A stretch of DNA of 63,820 nt, counting the filler, from Platydemus manokwari (taxonomy: Eukaryota), in the NCBI GenBank assembly GCA_037951405.1. It is 4 parts of 4 records of this genome, joined end to end, with 100 filler letters (N's around TTAATTAATTAA, not from the genome) between each part and the next. Parts side by side here need not be neighbours in the genome. Positions count along the whole stretch, not along the records: positions 40,028 to 63,820 come from JBBMOY010666651.1; 3 more parts are not named here. One strand, 5' to 3'. The notes below the pieces were generated by a model that did no database searches, had not been told where the DNA came from, and saw only the letters and a program-made list of their open reading frames with translations. Of this stretch, positions 53,936 through 63,820 are shown piece by piece. A program made the translations under genes and the position numbers. Each line of letters starts with the position of its first letter. Within the stretch, counting starts at the first letter, position 1.

Positions 53936-56639
53936 GAGACAGGTAGGACTAAAAGAAATCTAGAAAATAACTATCTGTTTATATAATAAATTAGTGATCA
54001 ATTCATCAAATAACCCAAAACCCAGGATAACTATATTGAGGCTAAAAATTCATGCAGAACCCGACGGCATTTTAAAGCGCTGGCAGGTAATAAATTTCGA
54101 CACATTATTGTCGTCAGGTTAAATCACGTCACAGAATGAAAATCCAATTCATAATAGATTACAGATTGAGCTACGTGTATGATGGATGATCATAGCTCAA
54201 TCTGATAGTTAATTAAAAAATAATTATTATATTATAATTAATTATAATTAATTATAACTAATATATAAAGTACATATTATCAACTAGTATAAATAGTTGA
54301 AAAAATATTATACAAAACACAAAAAAGGATTTCTATTTAAGTTTAAAAATTTATTATATAAAGTATGTTAATCATGTTTTATTTTACCTTATATTGTAAT
54401 GTTTTAAGGTGCCAAAGTGTGTACGTACTAGGCTACCCTGTATAAATCAATTCTATCTTTTAATTTATTTGTTTTAAACGAATAAACATTACTGTTTCAT
54501 TTTGTTTTAGCTATGTGTTTCTATATTAAATACTAGCTTATATAACAATTATAATCAAGAAGTTCTCTAATTATTTCAAGTAATTAATCTATTATTGATT
54601 ATTCCACGTAAGTAATCGAATGTTGTTAATATACGAGAAAAATCTTTAAACATTCATATAATCGTATCAATAAAGACAAGAGTATAAAAGCGATCGAATA
54701 AAATTACAAGTAGAGAAAGAGGAATTATTTTCGAAACAGTCATTCTAAAGTAAAGTTATTTTTTTGATTCTAACGGATTTATTTTACTATGTATTTTACA
54801 ATGATTATTTCACGAAACATTTTAATTAATAGTATCGTCCAATTACTCATCATCTAATCACCTAAAATCTAGTGCAAACTCAGATTCTCTTAAATTCGTA
54901 TCATAAATTAGAATTCAAGGACCTTGCAGCTCACCGCAAAAGCATCTATTAAAACTTGTATGTACAACAATTGTCTCTATTTAAAAAGCTAATAAAAGCC
55001 TGATTATTTGTAATTTAATATTTACTATTTTATTTGATATTTGTAAATTGATATTTAATAATTTATTGATTATTATTTCCACCTCGTTTAATTTAACAAT
55101 TATACACTTTCATTTATTTTCGTTATTTATTTATATTAAAATTATTATCACTGTTTCATTTATCGAGTCTTTGGAGCCCGGTGCAAAATAACTGTTGGGG
55201 TTTGAGAATAAGAACAACTACGTAAAAAGACAATGATCCGAAAATGATTGTGTATCGATTTATAAAAGTATTCTGAATGAAAAAATATTGAATATTTTAA
55301 TGTAAAATTGTATGAAATAATATTGAATATTTTTTGTAAAAATTCCAGAAGTTCTGCGATTGACATAAATTAAATACAATATAAATTTAAATCCAAAATA
55401 ATATTGTACTATCAGTTTAAAATATCTATTAAAACAATACAATTTAAAAACCACTTGAAAATTCTCTCAATAATAAAAATACCCATAAAATAATAATAAT
55501 AAATAACCCATTATGTGTTATCGCGCACAGTTAAAAAATATTCAGCCAGAATAAAATAAACAACCATGCATAAAATAAAATAAAATAACTATGAAATTAA
55601 TAGCAGAGAATTTCTCAGTTAACGAATGCACTAGTACAGTTACTCAGTTATAGCATAGCTATTTCACAGTAAGAAGTATTAACAATATTAACAGTATTAA
55701 CAACAAATCAGTATAACAATACAGTGGAGCAGAAAAAAATTCAATTGCATAGGATATACAGAAATTGTATATGTCCAGTACTCGCACTAGAAGAACATAA
55801 ATGCCATAGGAATATCAAGTAAGATTCAATTATAATAAAAATATTCATAATTTATAAAAACCGAGTATTCTTCTATAATACCTAGTTTTACTTCTCTTGG
55901 GAGTTTATTAACCGTTATTCTTTTCAGGAATTGTGTATAAAATGTCCTTCGTTTATGTGTATAAATGTGATTTCTCTAAAACCTTACTTTTATTAAGTGT
56001 ATATAAGTATTTGAAGAATTTTTATTATGCGTATTATGAATTTTCTGTTATAACAATGAAAGTATATCTAAACCACAAAGTTGTTGTAATATTAAATGTA
56101 ATATAAGTGCCATAAGGTTCCAAAATCATTTCGACTAATAATACCATCATCAAAATCATCTCATCACCTTTTTAGGCAAGATACAGTTAAGACAGTTAAA
56201 GTTAAAAATGATATAAAATCATTAAAGCAATATCTAGAACCGCTCATCCCGTCTCTATGCGTGTATTAGAGTTGATCAAGACAAAGGAACAAAGTAATTT
56301 TTGATTTTGTGGTTATCCGCAGGTCATTAGAGCTCCAGAGTACTGATAAGACATAGATATTGCTCAAGAATGTTAAAAACAACTATAAATAAAATAAATA
56401 TAAAACGGTGATCCAAAAAAATCAATATAACTCTTAATATTAATTTACTTTAACGAGCCAAATGCTTCTGAGCTATCTAGATATGATAATTAGAAATGAC
56501 AGAAATTAATAACAACATACAACTTAATGATGCTGATAACATCAATCTTAATGAAATGTTCCATTGACAATTCCAATACCAAGTATAAATCCAAATGTAA
56601 AAATAAATATCAGTCCCTATCTCCATGAATTTATTGCCG

Positions 56640-57146
56640 AATATAATCAAATAGCGGAAACATATGGATTAATAGAAGCCCATGTGATTAGACGACCACC
56701 AATATATTTAACAGGAATGGCAAGAGAGAATTGAATCAATTCAGACAGACTTTCGGACAAGTGCTTCTTCCGCCTAATATAGGTCGTATGTATCATCAGC
56801 AATTTAAGAATAAAAAACAATTACCAGGAGAACATATAGGAGAGTTTTCAAACTAATTAATTATATTGGCAGAAAGATCCTTCCGATCAAGAGCCGAATG
56901 GGATGCAGATAAAGAGGCAATGATGAAAGACCAATTCTGGGAAGAATTACCTCAGAATATGAAAACAGTCTTGAGTAGTTATATATATATAGGTGATGAG
57001 TCCGAACAGTTAATTCATGAATCTTGCTTTGCCGAACATTGTTTAGGACATAATTAATTTGTACTCACAATTGACGAAAATAAACCTCATAATAAATGGC
57101 AAAGTAATGAAAGGAGTCTGATAGTACTGATGGCAATTATAATGCC

Positions 57147-57192
<46 letters not shown>

Positions 57193-57340
57193 GAGGAAAT
57201 TTAAGACCCTAAGAATGCTTCCGTACAGGATATCGAACTAATGAATACAAGTAAATTAAAGACATTAATGGCAATCCCATTAAATTTTATAAATGTGATC
57301 TTACAAACAACTCAACAAGCCAATATGAGTGTAGCAACTA
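56640..57340 (+). pseudogene. Gypsy gag remnant
   Basis: FGQVLLP...FKNKKQLPGEHIGEF...LAERSF...KDQFWEELP, homologous to the gag pieces at 25430 and 43593; (AAT)n tract at 57147-57191; eroded knuckles. Confidence 0.7.
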
Positions 57341-57602
57341 AACAAATAAATTTCATTTTGAATTTTAAAAATAATAAAAATTTGATAATTACAATTTGTT
57401 TTACCAAATAACATCACGCTAAGTAAACGTATAAATGTTCAAAATATCACTTTAATATCAGTTAAAAAGTTAAAATTTTTAATTTGATTTTTAATTTTTA
57501 CTTGATATTGGTTTTATATTTACATTTTATTCGAGTATATATTATTGATAATGTTTGTGTTAATGGTAATTGTTATTTATTTGTTAAATATTTTTCTTTA
57601 GA

Positions 57603-59490
57603 ATGAATATTGATTCAAATATAATCATTCTTTTTACAATATCATTCATTGTTCTTGTCAAATCAGATGAAGATTATTACAAACTATTAGGAGTTTCAAG
57701 AAGTGCTGATAAAAAAACAATTAAGCAAGCATACAAAAAATTAGCAATCAAGTATCATCCAGACAAGAATAAAGAAAAGGGTGCAGAAGATAAATTTATA
57801 AAGGTGACAAGGGGTAAGATTTTTGTCAGACGGTAAATTTTTGTAATTTAATAACAACAGTGAATTATTTTTTTGTGAAATAGTTTAAATTTGGCAATGT
57901 TTTTCGTAGATACCAGCATATTTCTGTTTGATACGTGTTCATAACTTGGTTTTCGTTAATAATTTCAGTAAATAATTTCAGCTTATGAAATCTTATCCGA
58001 TCCTGATAAACGACAACGGTACGATAAATTCGGTGAAGCAGCATTCAGCCAAGATGCTGGCAATGATGATTTCCATCATTTCAATATGAATGATTTCTTC
58101 AAGGATTTCGACTTTTTCCAGACCCATCATTCGTCAGAAGATTTCAAATCGCACGGATCGGGCGGATTCAAGGGGAAATTTTTCCAGAATCTTTTTGATG
58201 AAGACGATGACGACGATGGGTTCGGTGGGCATTTTGGATCGTTTAGTAGCATGTTTGGTCATAACGACGATCAGGATGGCAGCGATCTGCATTCTTATCA
58301 TACCGAGCAAACGTTTTCCAGTGGTAAGTGCCAGCTGGTTAAATTATTTTCAAATTTGCTTCCCGGTTGCTATAGTAACTGATAAATTATCAAAATTCAA
58401 ACATTTAACATTCGAGTCCAATTTAATGCTCGAATGCCAAATGTTAAAATCATTTGAAGTGATTTCTCTGCGAATGACGTCATCGCTGTTATCAAATGAT
58501 TATTATTACCTTGATTCTTACCAATGATAACAATTATATTTTTAACTAATTTAACGATTTTTGAATTGTTATATAGTGTTTGAGAATATCTTGACGGTCA
58601 TTCAAAAATTTTTCAGAATTCGAATTAAAAAAGCGTTAAAAACAATTATTTAATATTTTTTAAATTGTTTATTTTTAATGTTAATTATTATTAACTACTG
58701 ATTATAATAAGTAGGTTATATGATTTTAAAAATGTTTTCAATCTATTTCAAATCTTATTGGAATGGTATTAGATAGTGATTATAATAACCAAGTGATGCA
58801 AATTATTGTTTATGCTGATTAGTCATGAAAATTTGTAATCGATTTTTTATTTTATTTAGTAGTAGTTATTTAAGGGTATCATTTAATATTTAATTACACG
58901 ATTATATTGTGTGTTTTAGTGATTTGCACAGCTATTTTAAAGATATTATGCAATTTAATGCTGGTTGAATTTAATTTGTCGATTGCCTAATGGAAATATT
59001 TATCAATTTAACACATTCAGTTGCTATGATCAATAATATCCCATATTCATTGGATTAATCTTAACTTTTATACCTCAATCAATACAATTGTCTGCAGTTT
59101 TGTCCATGATTGATTATTCCAGATGATGAAATAAATATCAAATAACTGATCATCTAGATTATCATTTAATGAATGAAACTAATATTTACAAAATCATTTC
59201 TGTGTGGTTCTGGAAATCATATCAGTTTATGAGTTGTGCTATTTCATATTTCTGTATTCATAAAATAGTGTATCTGATCAGATGATAATTGTGTATTTAT
59301 CATTATAGATTATTTGTTCAGAAAATTAACAATAGCTACTAAATGATTTGTTTCTCATATCTGAATTAATGATTCCAATCGATTTTTCAACAATGGTGTT
59401 AATAATCAATAATTTTTTGTAGGTCAGCGATGCAGAACTATCACCAAAAGAAGCGGAAATTCTGTTTTTACCCAAACTGAATGCCATTAA
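57603..59490 (+). CDS. DNAJB9: DnaJ homolog subfamily B member 9 (ERdj4), ER-lumenal co-chaperone
   Basis: Exons 57603-57813, 57982-58323, 59423-59490. Signal peptide, J domain with HPD, G/F/D-rich region, and C-terminal [18 protein letters not shown] matching the DNAJB9 CRTVTQRRGN..T.T.C tail. Confidence 0.88.
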
Positions 59491-59749
59491 ATAATGCTTG
59501 TCAACAAACAAATTCATGAAATGGGATTTTCTTCTGTTTTTGGGGGGATGTTATATTTGTTGCTTTGATTTTTGTATATTGTTTTCATTAAAATAAACAA
59601 TTTATTGATTTTTTTTTCATCACAATCAAACAATCACAATTAATTTGTTTTAATTGAATTAATTTTTAATTAATATTTATTAAAAATCAATATTAGTTAG
59701 TTGTACGATATTTTTTTAAAAAATTTTCTTCATTTGTTCTTCTGGTGCA

Positions 59750-60855
59750 TTAAGCAACGAGATATGATTTGGAATAAACGGTAGATGTTTGCGAGAGATA
59801 GAGCCGCAATTTAGCCAATCGTTCACTGATAATATAAAGAATGATTATCAATATGAGACAAAACAAGAAAAATAATAATCGATAATGGGTGGGTAAAACT
59901 TGAAGAATTGGATAAACCCAACGGTTGGTTTTGTAGTGAATGAAATGGATCCTGAACGATGATGATTAATATTTAGTCAAAACAAACAGCACAAATGCTT
60001 TACCATAAAATGTAGATAAATAACAGACAAAACAATGCCGACAGACCAATATTACGTTTGGGAAAAACTGGGGGATTTACCATCATATCGTAGATGATAA
60101 ATATTGCCACGATGGTGTGCTGAATCGTAAATGGAATTTTATAAAATACATAATCAAAACATAAGCAGGTTATTTTTATGACAACAACAAAATAAATATT
60201 CTGGTTTGAATTCAATAAAGCAAGTTTTTTATAATCTTAGCATTAAATTATAATAATTTGTCACTGAATTAAGTAGATTGTTTCACCAATACCACCTAAG
60301 AGTTAGATTTTTTACAAATTGTAATACATATTGCCATTTAAATATAAGACCAATTTTAAAATTAAAAAACAACTTTAGTTTTAAATAAATCGAAAATGCT
60401 CACATTAGAATGAGTCAACCAAAGTGGTACAACATCATTATGGTGTTTTGAAATGACCAATTCGTAATTGAGAACATATAGTGACCAAAACATAACTGAA
60501 ACGAACTGTTAACCAATCAAACATATGCTTTAGTAAATGTTTTCAACTTCTCACCAATGTTGTGGTACAAATTATGGAATAGGATAAATTTAAAAAATAA
60601 TCTCGACGAAGAGTTCTTTTTTTGAAACAATAGAAAACCATGAATGAAAAATAAAAGATCTGCAGTAACTTAATTAGAGTTATTATCAACATATTTTCCA
60701 ATAAAAATTACAATATTTATAAAAGTAAGATGCTTGAATCGAGAACCATAATTGATTTCATCTTTTAATGGTCCAATATGAAATCCATAAATAAAAGTGA
60801 ATAAATACCATAATATTATCAAAACGTAACTTGAACAAATAACTCTATATGTCAT
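59750..60855 (-). CDS. AIG1: AIG1/ADTRP (FAR-17a) family integral membrane hydrolase
   Basis: Exons 60855-60712, 60668-60555, 60505-60404, 60119-60004, 59951-59750. Motifs YGSRFKHLTFIN (catalytic Thr position), MFWSLY, PLWLTHSNHT (catalytic His position), WVYPIL. Confidence 0.85.
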
Positions 60856-63739
60856 AATTACTTAATATTCTTAAAAATGAATTATTTAAACAAGGCAATT
60901 TACCTAATGAAATTTTTGCAGATATTTCAGTGAAATTTTAAATGAACTTAAAGCTGGATTGAAGATTTAAAATTTTACTAAAAATTAATTCTAAATCAAA
61001 TAAGTAAAACTACTTTTAGGAATAAAGTTTAAACCAATATATTTCTCAAATATTATAAATTCTACATCGAAGAATACCGGTATTTCCTAGATTTCATTCT
61101 GACTCAATTTCGTTCTTAAGAATGACTCCCTGTAAATCATATTTTTTGATGTTGGATAATATTTCATGTTTGGAATGCTCTGAGGTGGCTCTCATTCCTT
61201 GGATTGTATTGTTAAACTAGTTTTTCTCTGAATTTCATGGCTATCTAGACTGGTACGCTCTCAGCACTGATTCAAGTATTCCAATCTTCTGTTTTCCAGG
61301 AGGTTCCTCGTTCTACTTTGAATGTTTTCAATCACAATTAATTAGTATGTGAATTTCCCATTTCCCTTGTTTAAAAAGCTTGCAGCAATATGCTGGTTTC
61401 TTTGGGTTCCTTCTGGTAGTATTTAATAACAACATCTTTAAAAATTTTATTTTTTTTTAAAGTATCATAACCTTGATTGAACGGTAAATTAAATGCTGCT
61501 TCTTGAATTCCATACATAGCGTCATTTTAATGCTAATTGGCCTGTTAATATTCCACATTTTCGGTGATAATTCTTTGCTCATGATGAACCTCAACATTAA
61601 TTTTATTTGTTTTTCCAAATATTTATCATCATATAAATTTTTAACACGATACTGCTGGGTACAAAAATATCCTAAAATAATAATATTGAAATATTAATTT
61701 TTTTAAAATTTTCTGAATAATCCAGGCTATCCTATAAATATGTTTGGGTTTCAAAGAATTCTGTGCAAATATGCAATGATGACGATGACTTCGACAATTT
61801 ACGATGTGTAGTTTTAACAAAAATTTTGACAATTTATATGTATGAGTGATATCTTACATTTTTATGTATATATGTAGTAATTTATAATTAGGATATATGT
61901 AATAATTTTAATTTTTTATTTTGTTGATAATATTTAGTTGACACAAAGTTGTATCGATTAATTGGTAGAAATTGTTGATGGGTTCATTGAGTTGTATTAA
62001 TGAACCTCATATTTTATTTTTATCCAATGTAACATTTTATCCGGTCATGAAAAAGCAATGAAGTGTTTTGATATCTTACAGTTCTGAAAATAATCTAGCT
62101 GGAATTTTAATATAAAATTATTACATAAGAATTATAATTATATTTTTATATATTACAAGGACTGGAATAATATTTATTTATCATTAGGGAATAATATTTA
62201 ATATATAGTACATAATATGGGACGTTGATAATAATGTAACACAAAATATATTATATTTAACACCATTATAAGCACCGTCTAAATTAAGTATAAATAGGAG
62301 CTGGAACATTACAACTCGCTCATGATTTACCGAAACCACTAGGAAGCATATCTATCGTGAACTCTTCGATTTACATTCGGTATACGTATTTGCCATAGAA
62401 GCCTTCGAAATATTCAATTCGTTCTCCAGCCCCAGGCATTATATTAATTTATCGTTCAAATCAAAGTGAGTTAGACTAATAGTGTAAAATAATTATCGAT
62501 ACAATCTATCGTATTGTATATTGGCATATTATAGAATTTTATCTCAAAAAACCTATTCCGGGTATTGGTTCGGCTTCTTGAGTTGAAGTTTGCAACCGTT
62601 GCTTATTTCCAGAATTTTTAAGGTCATCGTTGAAGTGTATTTTTATTATTCTTATATTATAGTTTTAAAATAGTTAATTTGAAAATTTTTATAATTGGTG
62701 TGAATTTGTATAACAATAAATCTTATTGTAATAGTATAATTGCAGGATAATTTAATTTGCAACTGATAGTGAAAAATATAATATTCAAATCAATGCTGCC
62801 GATCATACTATCATCAAATAGTATTGATCGGGAGGTGAAGATAGGAAATAGTTAATTAAGGTTTTATAGATTGTGCCTTGGAGTTGATCAGAACTCGTGG
62901 AAACTGGTCAAGACGGCACTGATTCATTGTATTAAATTATTGAATATTGATAATGTATTTAAAAATCAATCAACCCCGAAACACATCAAGTAGAAACAAC
63001 AAAATAAATATAAATATAATTAAATATAATTAAAAGATTAATTAATTAATATATAAATAGTACAACAAAATAGAAGTTGCTAAAAAAAATGATGCAAAAA
63101 ATACAAAAATAGATGAAAATATAAGATAGCCTGGAAAACATAAATAAACCAGTATAAAAGAAAACAAATGAATCAGAAAAAACCCATAGTGATATTGCTA
63201 AGCCCATAGTAAAATTGATTCTAAAAATCATCCCGTTATTGATCCAATAAAATCAGTCTATTCGCAAGCTATATATCGATTAGCACAATTCATTCTATTA
63301 TTCGAATTAGTTTATTATATCAGATCACCACTGAGTTCACACATTAAATTGTGGATTATACAATTTAAACAAAATTAACAACCATGAGATAATTCCCACT
63401 CCATGACTAAAGACTTATATTAAACTATATAATCACCTAACAATTAGTGAAGACAGACACTATAACGAGACAAGCCGAATATTCTCCGCCAAGCAAAGTT
63501 AATTTATATTTTGTAAACTTTAAAAATGTAAATGAAAATCATCATTGTTAAAAACTGCGTCTTGGGCCCAGCCCAAACACTCTAATTAATTTTTTAACCT
63601 TAGTACAAGGTAATCTTTATTCATTCTTATAGTTGCTAGACTATTAGCTTCCAACTACCTATAATAAATTAGAGAACCTTGCCAGTCGCCGCTCAAGGAT
63701 CTTATAAATTTTCAAAAGAACAATAGCGTATTAATTAAG

Positions 63740-63820
63740 ACCAATTTTTCCTATACCAAATTCCGAAGAAATATTCGATGCTGTACAAGGAGCCAGATAT
63801 TTTTCAACAATAGATTTGGC
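63740..63820 (+). mobile_element. Gypsy RT fragment running off the window end
   Basis: FPIPNSEEIFDAVQGARYFSTIDLA. Confidence 0.8.

Noticed and set aside
4856-60855. Lipid-metabolism gene cluster (ACSBG, AUH, AIG1)
   Set aside because: The genes are on different contigs separated by artificial spacers and act in unrelated pathways.
61030-61830. Possible minus-strand gene upstream of AIG1-like
   Set aside because: Stops in all frames; no consistent exon chain or recognisable domain.
63046-63231. F/I/L/Y-rich short ORFs here and elsewhere (e.g. 17744, 23587, 37406, 41833, 50358)
   Set aside because: Compositional artefacts of AT-rich non-coding DNA.

Overview
Very AT-rich eukaryotic (invertebrate animal-like) genomic DNA with short GT-AG introns, mostly 42-63 nt. 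It is four contigs joined by artificial 100-nt spacers (N44-TTAATTAATTAA-N44), so synteny across those spacers is uncertain. Host genes reconstructed by hand: a 5'-truncated ACSBG/bubblegum acyl-CoA synthetase, a 3'-truncated MYCBPAP-like gene head-to-head with AUH, an MS4A/CD20-like 4-TM gene, a divergent HMX homeobox gene, and DNAJB9 tail-to-tail with an AIG1/ADTRP hydrolase. There is also a candidate two-exon 62-aa secreted, amidated peptide precursor absent from the ORF track. Much of the rest is decayed mobile DNA: a ~10-kb Ty3/Gypsy element (gag, AT-hook ORF, pol, env-like, extra 3' ORF), solo LTRs with 4-bp TSDs, gag/integrase remnants, an RLE-type (R2/NeSL-like) LINE, and mariner, hAT and MITE pieces. 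The most unusual signals are a repeat, present twice, that carries two tandem hammerhead-ribozyme cores next to an LTR-like terminus; the complex-retrovirus-like layout of the Gypsy element; a 100-bp foldback inside its env; and the hidden peptide precursor.
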